A DNA stretch of 64,000 nucleotides from the human T2T-CHM13v2.0 reference genome, Homo sapiens, in the NCBI RefSeq assembly GCF_009914755.1, contig NC_060927.1. One strand, 5' to 3'. Shown piece after piece: positions 39,677 to 52,080 of the stretch (positions within the stretch are counted from its first letter, which is position 1; the number at the start of each line of letters is the position of its first letter). A program made the translations under genes and the position numbers. A model generated the notes under the pieces. That model was given only the letters and a program-made list of their open reading frames with translations, was not told the DNA's origin and did no database searches.

Positions 39677-40416
39677 TCACCAATTCCTTTTAAGCAGATG
39701 CCACTTTCTACATTTCAGTTCTTACACACTAGGGAAATGAGAAAAGGATTGATATTTGATTTGTTCATTCATTCAAGCTAGCACGCCTAAGTGTGAATAA
39801 TAGAATTGCTTTCTGTTGCTTGATATGAACTAAAGTGAGAAAGGAAAAACAGAAAAACGCCTCAGTAACTTCTGAGCTACATTTTTCACAGGGCTGTGGG
39901 AGAGCTGGCAACAAGGAGAAAGGATGTATTTTTGGAAGGATAAAGCCCCCTTATTATAGTATTGCACAAAATTCCTGCTGCTACAGTTTCCTTCAGGAAA
40001 ACTCCAGGCGCGGCCAGTACCGTATGAAACAATGAAGACATTCTGAAACTGTGTTTTCAAAGCCATGAACAAACTTGAGGAGTGCAAGAAATGTCACCAT
40101 AGAAGTCTGGGGAGATGGGGGTGTCCTGGAGACCACCCTGATTCAGCTTTTATCTGCTCTATTGTTTGATGACACACACTGCCTCACCCTTCCAAGTGTG
40201 GAAGGGGGAGTCCGGCAAGGGGAATTGTCCCATTTTGCTAGACACTTCTTAAGCTCCCAATGGCTGTTTGACGCATCAGACTGAAAGTGTTAAAGGTCAG
40301 GAATGTATGTGACATTTTTCCATCTGTGTGCATGAAGCAGGGAAGCCCACGTCCATCCTTTAGTGTTTTCTCAAGGAAGATGGAGCTCCGTGGCACCAGC
40401 TTGTTTAGGTCTACGG

Positions 40417-40864
40417 CAGGATTTCCCAACCTCTGCACCACTGACATTTCAGGCCAGATAATTCTTTGTTTTAGGCAGCTGTTGTCTGCATTGGTGCCTT
40501 ATAGGAAGTTTAGCAGCATGCCTGGCCTCTACTCACTAGATGCTAGTAGCATCCCTGATGAAGTTGTGGTTGTGAAAACCGAAGAGGCTTCCAATCATTA
40601 CCAACTATCTCCTGGGGGTAAGACTGTCAGTTTTACAAAAAAAATTTTTTAAAAAATGTTTTAAAAGCCTAGTTAAATTCGAATTTTAGACAAGCAAAGA
40701 ATAATTCTTTTTAACTCTAAATGTGTCCCATTGTAGTAGTTGGGACATACTTATACTGAAAAATTATTCATTGTCTATCTGAAAATCAAACTTAACAGAG
40801 TATCTTCTGTTTTATCTGGCAACCCTACCTGAGGGGCAAAATCATCTGCAGTTGAGAACCACTG
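40417..40864. mobile_element. MER20 hAT-Charlie MITE split by MER53
   Basis: CAGGATTTCCCAACC..GTTTAGCAGCATGCCTGGCCTCTAC..GGGGCAAAATC..GTTGAGAACCACTG. Confidence 0.88.
40619..40827. mobile_element. MER53-like hAT MITE
   Basis: TTGGGACATACTTATACT..TATCTGGCAACCCTA; TSD CCTGGGGG/CCTGAGGG. Confidence 0.8.
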
Positions 40865-40867
40865 ATC

Positions 40868-40979
40868 CAGGGCGACCAACTGTCCCAGTTTGCCAAGGAG
40901 TTTCCTAGTTTTAGCATTAAAAGTCCAGCAACCTGGGAAACTCCTCAGTCTCAATATGCTGGGATGACTGGCCACCCTG
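40868..40979. mobile_element. MER81-like hAT-Blackjack MITE
   Basis: CAGGGCGACCAACTGTCCCAGTTTGCC..TGGCCACCCTG. Confidence 0.8.
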
Positions 40980-41893
40980 GAAGACTTATCCTTAATTCTT
41001 TGTGCTGGTGTCAGCTTTCAGGGTCTCCATAGGCTCACAGCAGCCCTTGGGAGATGCTGTTTCATTCAATGGATGGAGAGGCTTCATTGCAAAATTGACA
41101 AGTAGTGCTCTTTAGTGTGAGCTACTAAATGGCCTTATTTTTGCTTGATTGTTGATTCACAAACACAACCAAAACATTACCAATAACAGCTGAAGTCAGT
41201 CTTCAAAGTGGCCTATTGATTTTCATGGCCTCAGAGTAGATTATTCTTCCCAGAAAAAGAAATCTATATCTCAGATATATTATTCTAAATAATCCAATAC
41301 CCAAAGCTAATGGGACTTCTCCACCAGCTTGTAAGACTATAACTATACTTTGGTTTTCGTATAAATCCTCAAGATGGATTTTTTTGTGGATGTTGCCTTA
41401 ATTCAGAATTGTATTGACTGGTCTCCCCTTGCTCAGAGCTGTTACTAGGCAACACAATTTCTTTTTTCTGTCATGTAATGTTGGGTAAGACAGCAAAGTG
41501 AGGCAGGGGGTGAATGGCGGTGGTGCTGTAGAAGATTCTTCTGTGCCAATTTATCTATTGCTACCCATGGTATTACTCAGTGCAGCACAGACCCCAAGCC
41601 TCACTCTTGACAGTAATTTTTAACAGAACTCTGGACTTTAGGCAATACAGAAAGGAAATCCATCTTTGGTTTCTTTGGCCACCTTACAGCTCTATTAGTT
41701 GACGGTACATGAAGGTAAAAACAGTGTTCTCCAAGAATTTGGAAGTGAGGCCATTTTCCAATAATTAAACTGAAAAAGTTCACACACATGGCTGTGACTA
41801 ATTTGGTAAATGTTCTACAAAAGTCTGAGAACATACCATAATTCCCATCAAGGCATCTGGGAAGGCTCTGAGAGGCAGGATGCAATGTGAGCA

Positions 41894-42087
41894 CAGTGGT
41901 GTGCTGGAGCCTGCCGGTACCAGCACTCAAGAGCCATTGATTGTGTGCATCTCTTCCTGCTGGTAGCTTGAAATAGTCTTGGAGGGAGTATTTACACCAT
42001 GGAACTTGACTTGGTGAATGTTACAAATTAGGGCTTCCCCCAGTGCCCCAGAGAGCCATTTGTTAAACACTTGCTAGTACACCACTG
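41894..42087. mobile_element. MER63A-like hAT-Blackjack MITE
   Basis: TIRs CAGTGGTGTGCTGG / CTAGTACACCACTG; GGGAGTATTTACACCATGGAA. Confidence 0.85.
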
Positions 42088-42449
42088 AATTAAATGTGAA
42101 CATAATGAACACCTAGAGGCCTGACCAGTTGACTTACACCATGACTGAAGAAGGACTTTAGGAACAGCCTGGAGCATTTAAATGGGAGCCCCAAGACTCC
42201 AAAACTGGCCATTCTCTTACCAGTACCTAGCCAGGAAGAGAAGGACTAGCCCTTCAAGACACATGCCTCCATCCTGGTGTCAGGGATATCCTGTCTGTTA
42301 ATCAGCTTCAAGCTGCCTTGGGAACCTTCTGAATATAACTTGGCTTCACAGATTTTGAATTCATAATGTTTTCCAGTTCTATTTCTCATTATAAATTAAT
42401 ATATGAGCATTCCAGGCTTACAAATACACATTGGGAGCATAAGTATGCT

Positions 42450-42570
42450 CCAGCATAGTAGTTACATGCCCAGGGTTGGAAGGAGTCAGACATACTGGGT
42501 TTGAACCCCAGCTCTGCCACTTTCTGGCTGTGTTGGAGCATGTGACTTAACATCTCTATGTCCTCACCTT
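42450..42570 (+). mobile_element. MIR
   Basis: GGAGTCAGAC..CTGGGTTTGAACCCCAGCTCTGCCACTT..GACTTAACATCTCT. Confidence 0.8.
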
Positions 42571-42589
42571 TATTCTTTCTGCTGATTAA

Positions 42590-42830
42590 GGCCCAGCTTA
42601 GCTTTCTCCATCTCCCACGAAGCTTTTACCTACTCTAGCACTCACTCATCACGCCCTTCTCTAAACCACTTATTTTGTTTTATTTCTAGTCTTGTCTCCA
42701 CCAACTAAATTTTATGATGCTTGACAACTAGAATGATGTTTTATATGACTCTTTTATTCTCAGAAAGACCTGTCCCTATGCTGACCATGTAGTAGGTGCC
42801 TTATACAGGCTCATTAATAAGTTAGTTAAT
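42590..42830 (+). mobile_element. L2 3' fragment
   Basis: CTTGTCTCCACCAACTAAA..CATGTAGTAGGTGC. Confidence 0.45.
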
Positions 42831-42977
42831 TAATATAGGATGCTCCAGATAGAGTACAAGGTATGTTTCACACTAACCCATTAAAAGTGCCCAGCCGCTC
42901 CCCTCTTCTAAATGCCTAGTGCACACCCTTCCCTTATTTCTCACCTTGGTGATATTCCAATGTCAAAAATGCGGCCC

Positions 42978-43440
42978 CCAGATAGGATCCTTCTGGTTAC
43001 AAGGAACAGAGTTCCAACTCAAACTGACTTCAACAATGAGCAAGCACAGAGATATTATAATTTGAAGGCAAGTAGAGATCAGCTGCCAGGCAATGCCGTC
43101 CTTAGGGATCCAGGAACCATCCCTCTTGCCTTTCAGGAATACTTGATGCTGGTCTCTCAGAGGGATGATAGCAGGATGACACCTTAGCACCAGGCGCTCA
43201 TGGCAAAGTCCACAGGGCGAAAGGGCACTCTCTCTCTGAGTTCCTTCTTCACAGAAGATAAACTTTCCCCAGACTGCCCCCCAACCAACACACACACACG
43301 TACTGTAGGCTTTTCCTCATCTCATTGGCCAGGAGTGGATAACATGCCCTTTACTTAACCAATTTCTGTCAAGGAAAATGGGAATTACATGATGTGCTTA
43401 GACTGACCACATGGAGTGGGATGAATATTAAAGGGTGCAT
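42978..43440 (-). mobile_element. MLT1 MaLR solo LTR
   Basis: TGGTTACAAGGAACAGA..AACTCAAACTGACTT..TCTCATTGGCCAG..CATGCCC..CTTAACCAAT. Confidence 0.65.
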
Positions 43441-44184
43441 CTCAGGGGCCCCCACAGGGTCTCCACTCAGCCTGTTCATTTGGCCTTTCTACAAGCACAA
43501 CCCCATCCCTCTGGCTCCAGTCACCTGCTCCATCTACACTGCCTAAGAAGCTAACGTTTATATGACAGAAAATCAACTTTCTGTTCCCTCTAAGTGCCCA
43601 TAGTTGCCTCATATTCCATTTCCTTCTGAAGGAGTAGGCAAAGATTTGGGCAGAAATCTAGCCAATTCATGACCTCAGACTATGGTGTATGTAGAAGGTA
43701 ACTTCAGCCTTGGGATGTCATTGGCCAGGAGTGGATAACATTCCATTCCCCAATGGAAATTTCCATCTGATATGCAATGCAAAACTCCTAAGTTGGCATC
43801 CCATCTTTCAGATAATGGTTAATAAGAACGTGTTATCAATGTCAGAGCTTGCTTACATATGCTCCAGGAGCACATAAGAAGGGAGAAAGAGATAAAAGAA
43901 TTCATAGTTGTGTGATGCCAAATGACAGGATTTTTCCACGCAGCTGGTAAAAGATAACTGCAGTCTCATAATCTCTTGTTTGTTAGTTGGGCTTCAAAAC
44001 GTGGCATCCAGACCCAATTGCTGTCAAAAACATTTGCTATTCAGGAACTTCAGAAAGGGAAAGAATACAAATATCCTGCAATCAAAATTATGCAGGTGCC
44101 ATTGTCCTCCTCTTCCCACCTCTTGAGAGCCATCATCCCAAAGAGAAGATGGAGAAATACCTAACCTTTTTTTCTCCATCATAT

Positions 44185-44545
44185 TTTTAATAGTAGCAAT
44201 AATTTTCTTAACACATACTATGTCCCTGAGCCCTTTACACATTTATCTCATTTAATTTCTATCACAACTTTGTGAAGTTGGCATTAAAAATAATTTTAAA
44301 ACCATCCATTAAGTAAAGATGAGATGCCAAGCTGAGCTTGATCCAAGGTCATTTCACGTATTGTCTTACTTTATCCTCATAATAAGCCTAAAAGGGGGGT
44401 TATTATTGCTCCTCATTTTATGGATGAGGAAACTGAGACCCAGAGTAATTAAGTGTCTTGATTCAGATTACTAGGCTGTAAATGGCAGAGCTGGAAGCTG
44501 CGTGCAAGGCGATGTGGCTTAAAAGTCTACCTTTTCACTCTACCA
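44185..44545 (-). mobile_element. MIR fragments (two)
   Basis: CATTTTATGGATGAGGAAACTGAGACCCAGAG; ATCTCATTTAAT..CACAACTTTGTGAAGT. Confidence 0.7.
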
Positions 44546-44892
44546 GTGTCACCCAAATATTTGATCTGTATTTACCCAAAGTCTCCTCTTTACTCTATGA
44601 ACCCTGTAAAATCCCCAAAGTAACAGGCTGTGGACTGGTCATGCAGGCTGTCACTTTCTGGAGCAGCAAATGAGCAGAAGCTTAGCAAATAGGGCTTCAA
44701 GCCTTCACCGGAGCCAGTTAAATGTCCACGCATACATGAGGTTCTATCTCCTTGCTTTTGAGCCTTTGCCATTATTGGATGAGTCACTTATCTCACTGGA
44801 GTGAGGAGGAGGTTTGCCCCTCCTACGCTGTCAAGAATCGGTTGGAAATCTGCCCTTAACCCTGGAGCCCAAGTCAGAGAGAAGCCCTAGAA

Positions 44893-45212
44893 CAAGGGTC
44901 TGCAAATACAGCTCACGGGCCCAATTCAGCCTACAGCCTGTTTCAGTGTGGCTCACAAGGTAAAAATAGGTTTTGCATTTTTTAATGAATGGACAAAATC
45001 AGAAAAAAAAATTTGTGACACATGAAAATTATATAAAATTCTGATTTCAGCATCCATAAATAAAGTTGTGATGGAACACAGCCATACGCATTCCTTACAT
45101 ATTGTCTGTGACCATTTCTTGATATACAATAGGGAAGCTGAGTAGTTACAACAGAGACAGTAGTACCCCTAAAGCCTATAATATTTAGCAGGAAAAAGTT
45201 TGACAACTCCTG
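44893..45212. mobile_element. MER58B hAT-Charlie MITE
   Basis: CAAGGGTCTGCAAA..AAAGTTTGACAACTCCTG; perfect 8-bp TSD CCCTAGAA. Confidence 0.9.
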
Positions 45213-45734
45213 CCCTAGAAATGCTCTGAGCATCACTTATCCACCCAACAGGACCCCTCCCCACCAAACAGGACACATGTGGTATTTCCAGCCCCATACA
45301 GAGCCTAAGAAAGGGCTTCACAATCAAGCTGAGTCCACTGCTGTGCCTGCCATTTTTCCCTTGCCTACCCTAGCCTTATTCAAGGATATTTTTTGCTGAA
45401 GTCTCTAAGGGATATAAAGAAGCACCTCCCTACTGCTTTCAGGGTTCACTGCAGTAGCAGACCCCCACTCCCATTGCCAAGGGCACAGCTGCCACTAGCA
45501 TCATCACTGCAGCACCCCCAGAATGACTCCCTTCACCAGGCACCGTGCCCTTTTTCCCCAGACCCTGCCCCCTCACTAGCCCCAAATGGTCCCACTACCA
45601 AGCATATTGTCCTTCCAGGCTCTGCTGGTTCTTGTGGGCACAACCATCAAAATGGGAAGACTGGCATTCTTTTCCTTCTTCTGATAAAGAAATGCAAACA
45701 TTCCTTTGCATTTTAGTGAAAAAAAAAAAAACTG

Positions 45735-46125
45735 TATTAGATGCTGTCAGTGCCCTGCTAGTATTGCTTGGATGTTACTATTACAGTATGTAACAATCAA
45801 CTTCAAACCCCAGTGTATGTATGTCTGTGCCTGAGGCTTTTGCCCCCAGGAAGCAGGCCCATGTGTCAGGGCATTGTCATCGCAGCCTCCAGCAGCCCTC
45901 AACCCATGAGTCTCAGGAGAGGGTGTATAAATACCTCAACTCCCTCATCTGGCACCTTAGGAAGATAACTCTGAGGTGTGTTCTGTGCTGTTACCCAGAG
46001 TTTCCCCAAAGGATTAAGCTCTAGTCATCCCCTGGCTTTGTTCTCCTCTTCCCAACTGCTGTTCTCCTTATTTCCCAGAACCCTCATCTCAGGGTCTGCT
46101 TCTGGGAAGAATACAAATGAAGACT
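45735..46125 (+). mobile_element. LTR33-like ERVL solo LTR
   Basis: AGCAGCCCTCAACC..ATAAATACC..GATAACTCTGAGGTGTGTTCT..TCTCAGGGTCTGCTTCTGGG. Confidence 0.75.
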
Positions 46126-46820
46126 TCTAGTTAAATCTAAAACCCTGCCTCCCTATTCTAGATCAGGCATGGGTCATCTATGAGGAGACTGGAAAAATCT
46201 GGAGGGCAAACACTAAGTGTGCTCCAAGCAGCCCCACTGCCTACTCCACATGGAAGAGCCAGGCGCACAATTGGCCATCCATGCGCTTTGGCACCGTTTC
46301 TTCCTTCTTGTCCCCAGAATCACACTCCCAGTAGAGGTAGGACTATAAGCTGAAAAAGATGACCTCTCACTTGTAGTTCAGGCTGCAGACTCCCCTTTAA
46401 TAACCTAAGGAGGCTCATTGTCACATGAATGACAGAAGCTGCTCTTTTATGGACAAAAACACAAGAAGAGGGGGAAGTTCAGGGATGGGGCAAAGGGAAG
46501 AGGGGAAAGAAGAAAAGGGAAAGATAAAGACCCAGATTTATTATCTAGAAAATATTCCAGTCTTTCTGAAGGGGTTTCAGCTATCTAGGGGAGATGCTGA
46601 ATTAATGGGTATGGATTACAGGGAGCAATTCTTTCTTTTCTTTTTGATGAAAGGGATGTCAATGACTCTCCTTAAGTCCTGACTCTGTAATTATACTAAA
46701 GGATCCAGTGATATTTAACTCAGGCCGCTGCTGCCCCTGGCTCCCTGCATTAGCTTTAGATAACAATGGCCACTCATGGTCACTTCTCCCAGGCCCTAAC
46801 CCTCCCTGGGTTAATTTTAA

Positions 46821-47170
46821 TACAGGCCTAAATTCCTCATCCAAAATCTTGGGGCCAGGTATGTTTCAGAATTCAGAATGTATTTTAGAAAGGCAGTTTG
46901 GTGCACATACCACTTCATACATCAACACCCCAGTGAGCTCTGGGACACCTCGTAATCAATGACATTAATATTTCTCCAGCAGCATGTATGCGTATTCACA
47001 CCAAATGAGATCAATAAAGGCAATAGATAGCCTCCACTTAGTGCAGGTCAGATAATTCTGGAAAATGAAATTAACCCTGTTAGATTTTGCTACCATGCAG
47101 ATTATAACCAACTTTTGGCTTTCAGAGCTTTTAGATATTGAGATTACAGACACAGGATTCTGGACTGATA
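46821..47170. mobile_element. TcMar-Tigger-type MITE (subfamily uncertain)
   Basis: TA-flanked CAGG..ATCCAAAATCTTGGGGCCAG..TTTCAGAATTCAGAAT. Confidence 0.55.
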
Positions 47171-48194
47171 AAGGCATGTTTTCACAGCAACATATTAACA
47201 TTTGAAAGGAAAGTGAATTCCGGGTTTCACCTGGGTGAGACCTCACCAGCTCCCATTTGTGAAAGCCAAGATGGGGCCAGGGCAGGTCCCAGTCCCTCAG
47301 TGCCTGGGCTGGGCAAAAGGCCTGTGACCGGTTATGTTATCATAGAACCAAGAGGGAGGGGTTGCCTCGTGAAGCCGTGAACTGCTGAAACCCAAGCAGT
47401 CAGTGGGAGCGGCAACAAGGAGATGGCCAAGGCAGTCCTCAAGGAGCCATATCAAGTGTTGCAACTTAGGGACGAGGTATGAGGCTAGAATAGTCAAGAC
47501 TCGTTCTGGGAACAAGGCAGGGGTGGGAGGACTTGGGACTGGACTGTGCACTGGGAGAAGGTCAGCCAGCTTGGACAGATAAGCACTAACTAGATTGGAC
47601 TTGCCTCTGGAAGCCTCTGGTGGAAAGATGCATTCATTGCCTGTATGCAAATGCTCTGGTCCTCCCCCATGTGAAAGGATTAGGTCACCAGATTAGCTGA
47701 GGGCAGGCCTGGCCTCTGGGGCAATGGAAAGAGCAGTTTCTTCTGCCCGAACCGTTCTTAGTGGCAGATCTGGAAAGTGTGTTTTTGCACATGCTGCAAT
47801 CTTTTATCCATCAATTATTAAAAGGCAAGTGACTTTGCTCTGAAGCTATTTTCTTTTCCCAGCAGATGGACAACTTGAGTTTGACTGTTTCATATGCAGA
47901 ATTCAAACCTTAGTTCTCAAATCCTTGTTCAGGATCCTGGGAAGCAGAGCATGGCAGGGCAGGCCTCCAAAATGGATCAGAGATACTGGCAAGGCAGGCA
48001 GTCAAGTGGGGCCATGTCCCCTGGCCATCCCCAAACATGGGGGCTGAGAATCTCCTGGCAAAAGAACTTGGACAGTATCAAGAATCAGAGCTTTGACACA
48101 TAAACAAGGCATGTTTTGTGAGCTGAAAGTAAGTCTCATGAGAGTGTTACCTACAGAGCCTGGAGAAGCACCAGGCACATGTAATAGTCACACA

Positions 48195-48850
48195 AATAAT
48201 AGCAGCAAACACACACATATAGCCTTATTGGGGGCAGGTATTGTTCTAGGTGTTTTACATAAATTAACTCAGTTAATGGTAACTACTTCATGAGAAAGTG
48301 TAGTGTATGTTTTCCGTGCTGTATCACGGCCCCTCATCCCACTCTGGACTTCAGTCCAACTGCAAGGAGGAGCTTCTTCCTTGGACAGTGCCACTTAGGC
48401 ATGTGCCCATGGCTTGCTCCTCTCTGCCTTAAAGACTTGCTAAAGCTGCAGAAATCAGCTCAGCCCTCTAAAGGTCAGGGCAGGTAACCCCCAACCTCTC
48501 ACTCCCTGTCCCAAGGCAACTATCTACCAAGGGGGCTAGGAGCTATGGATAAATGCTCTTGCCTCCCTTCCTTCAGGAGGACAATCCTGGGATGCTTCTG
48601 TGTGCTTCTCAGATGTGCCAATGCACTTGGGCTCCCACTGCCAGCAGCAGTAACCAATAGCACACCCTTAGGTTACTGTTTTCCTCCTTCCCTGCTCAAT
48701 CTTCCTGCTCCCTCACTCCTGCTTCCTGGGATCACCTCCCGAATAAAAAGCCTGCAACCAAGCCCTGTCTCAAGTCTGCTTGCACGAAGACCCAAACCAA
48801 GACAATGAAATATCATTATTCCTATCCCCGTTTTACAGATAATTGGTGCA
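48195..48850 (-). mobile_element. MIR split by LTR33
   Basis: TGTTCTAGGTGTTTTACAT..TTAACTCA | TATCCCCGTTTTACAGAT. Confidence 0.65.
48299..48804 (+). mobile_element. LTR33-like ERVL solo LTR
   Basis: GGATAAATGC..GCTTCCTGGGATCACCTCCCGAATAAAA..CCCAAACCAAGACA. Confidence 0.75.
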
Positions 48851-49689
48851 TAATGAATATTTGATGTTGACCAGATGAATTAATGAATGTGAGATCAGAG
48901 TGGGAGGAGAGTGATTTGAGCCAATTATGAAAAAGGAAGGCAGGGTCTTTAAAGGGGAGGAGAAGAGGAAGGATGTCACAACCAGCAGTTTTCTGCCCCT
49001 GGGCCTGAAGGGTGCTGCTGACATCACTATGCTGATGATCTATGTGGGCCCTAGGGCAAAAATGGGTTTCGCTGGTGGAAACAACCAAATTTGGCGTCCC
49101 TTTGAAATCTGTAGCCTTACTATAGGTGTCTCACAGAGGGGAGCTGAGGGAAGTGAATCCTCCTGTCCCCTGACAGGGCTCAGTAAAGCTCCTTGATGGC
49201 CAAGAGCATCTGTGGCTGGGCTGCAGAGATTGGCTCCTCGAGGCCTCTCCTGGGCATGGCCAGTGACCCAGGAGGATCTCAGGTTTGGCTGGCAGTTGTG
49301 TCAAACAGGGCAAACTGTGTAGTACAGGTGACTCAGTCTGGGAGAGGGCCAGGGGAGATCTCCATTGTGGCCAAGGGCAGCTACGGGAGAGTGCCCGCCC
49401 ACCAGTGTTCATACCGGAGTTTCTAAGCCTGGACAGCGGTCCCCACAGTGGGCCTGGACTTGGCAGAGGAAGGTGACAGCACGGTGGCCTCCAATAACCT
49501 GGTCTGACACGTGTTCACACAAGCCATCTTGGAGACTCCTAGAAGTACCTTGAGACGGGATTTTTAAAAGACTGCAGTTAATGTGGCATAATTGGAATGA
49601 TGAGCACTAGGGACAGCTGGTTTTAATGCTTTAACTTAAAGAAATACCCCTAGAGTTCCTCACCAGCCCTCAATCATGAAAATGTGAGC

Positions 49690-49895
49690 ACAGTCTCAGA
49701 AGACAGACTGCCTACGCCAGAACCTCAGCTCAGACACCTACTAGGTATGTGCCACAGTCATGTCTACAATCCAGTTGTCTCCTTTGGAAAATAGGTACAA
49801 TGTTAGTAATTGCCTGGGAGATTTGTCGGAAGGATTAAATGAGATACTGCATTTAGAATAGTTAGCCCAGAGAATAATCACTCAATACCTGTTAG
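49690..49895 (+). mobile_element. MIR
   Basis: AGACAGACTGCC..GAAGGATTAAATGAGATA..CACTCAATA. Confidence 0.6.
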
Positions 49896-49959
49896 AGAAT
49901 GTTGCCATCAGTACCCTCACACTGCCCCCAGCTTCTCGATTCTCAACTAAGGCAATGAT

Positions 49960-50471
49960 AGTGAATATTTATCATTTTATTTGGCCACCCAATATTTGAA
50001 CTCCTTTTTCATTGAGAAGTTCCCACTTCATGAGTCTTCATTGTCTTCAGTGGCTGCTTCCCACTGTAGATGCCAAAAATGCAGCAACTGGCTTTCCCAG
50101 CAGCCTTTGCAGCCAGGCACAGGCTGTACACAGGATCCATCCACCATGTGCCACCCTGGGTTTTGACTCTGGAGCTAGACACAGGAAGGGTGGAGTTCTC
50201 TGTCTCCCTACTGCAGGTTCAAGTTTGTGCACAGAGGTGACTGTGATGCCAATGATAGTGCCCAACATTCAATGGCTGAAGCAGTAGAAGTTTCTCCAGA
50301 CTCCTTCCACCGTGTGATTCTCGGTGCTGCTCCAGGCTGCTTATTCTCCAGCCTTACTGTCAGCATTCCTACTGATTCTCCAGCCACCCAGTGTTCTTTG
50401 CATCAAACTCTCTTCGGCTTCAGTCAGCCAGAGTTGGCTGATGCCTGTAACTAAAAATCATGGCTGATACA
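49960..50471 (+). mobile_element. MLT1 MaLR solo LTR
   Basis: TTCCCAGCAGCCTTTGCAGCCAGG..CAGCCAGAGTTGG..TGTAACTAAAAA..CTGATACA. Confidence 0.6.
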
Positions 50472-51074
50472 GCTACATTGCAATGTGAGCCACAGCCTGC
50501 AGCTTGCAATGCCTCTACCTATGAGGGTCTCTCTTCAGTGTGAGAGAATGGTACCAAACTCTGCCAGAGTACCCAGAAGGGGCCAAGTGTCTGACAGAGC
50601 TAGAAGGAGGCCGGTATTGATGGCCCCAGATGAGAAACCCTGACCTCTGGGCCCTCTTCCTGACTTAGTGACATACAGCTCTTTTTCTGAGGTTTCCTGA
50701 ACATGTCCAGCTCTGCCATCCTCAAGGAAATCAAGTTAAATTAGAAAAGAAGGCACCAAAAAACTCCACACAGCAACCTGCAAAGGTATGTGTAGAAGAG
50801 GCAGAGATAGACATGTAGACTCACTTATGTTCACACTCAGGGATGTTGTTGTAAAGCAGCTTTGGAGAAAACTGCCTACTCCTCTCTTCACCCCTCCTTC
50901 CTGCCCATTGCATACTGAGTCATCTGCAATACAGCCTAGTAGGCTCCTAATGCACATGTCCAGCACTCCAATTTATTTCTACCCCAGGGACAGTTCTACT
51001 TCCCGTCCCCCTCTCCCTCCCTCTCCTTCTGAGCTCTTCTGTAGGCAATAAAGTGAGAGTGTGCAAAAGTGTAG

Positions 51075-51205
51075 AATTAGCAGGCTTGGGTCCCTCACAT
51101 AGCAAGTTATCCATCAGACTCAACTTATTCGTCTATAAAATGGGACCAATGATACCTATTTTGCAAAGTTGGTAATGAAATGACCATGCTAGTACTCTAA
51201 AAGAT
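51075..51205 (+). mobile_element. MIR
   Basis: GCAAGTTAT..TCTATAAAATGGG..GATACCTA. Confidence 0.55.
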
Positions 51206-51869
51206 ACTCTATAAATTTTGATCCTTTTCCCTTCTTGATTCTGATCCTGGTAGCCCAGCAGCCTGAGACTCACAGTATCCAGGGTCATGTTTGGCAGCAG
51301 CCCAGGAAGGGTCAGCACTTGTAGGTAAGAGGGGAGGAAGGGAGGAGCCAATGGACCAGTGAGGATGCCAGGGATGAGAAATGATTGAGCTGTTTAACAG
51401 CAGAGGATGATTCTCCCAGGCTTGGGGGAGAGGTCCCTGGGCCACACCTGTCATAAAGCATCAGGAAACCATCAATCCACATCAAAGTGGTCAATTCCTT
51501 GGTCTCTGAGTGTTTAAATCACAAACACGATCAATACTGAACTCTGAATGTTGCACCGGCCCTTCATCCAGAGGCTCCTGGGGGAAACACAAATAAAACA
51601 GGTTACCAGCCAACTCCTGCAGAGCCAGTCAATTCCTGCTGACCCACTCTTGGAGGAGTCCAGCTGCATTCTGGACATCAGGGGCCAAAATCACACACCC
51701 ATTAGTGACATCTCCATTTCTATGGTAATTTTGCATAACAAGGTAACAGAATCCAACCAGAGCCATGTGACTCCAGGCAAAAGTGGAACTAGATTTTCAC
51801 ATTTCTTAGGTCGGATTCCTTAGAGGCAGAGCCTGCCAGCTCCCTACATGTGCTGATACCCTCGATAAC

Positions 51870-52080
51870 CTTTTATATTTCTAAAATGCATCATAGTTTG
51901 TGAAGGTTTGGGCACACTATCTCATCTAAATCTTGCAAATTCATTCTGCAAATTGGGCAGAGCAAGGGTGGTTTTCCTTATTTGGAAAAGTAGAAAATGA
52001 GGCCCAGAGAGAGTAAGTAGCACCCAGCTAGAACTGTCCAGGCTGGGACGCCAGCCTCAGTCTCAGTCAAGACTCCAGGA
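51870..52080 (-). mobile_element. MIR
   Basis: TATCTCATCTAAATCTT..GAAAATGAGGCCCAGAGAG..GACTCCAG. Confidence 0.55.
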
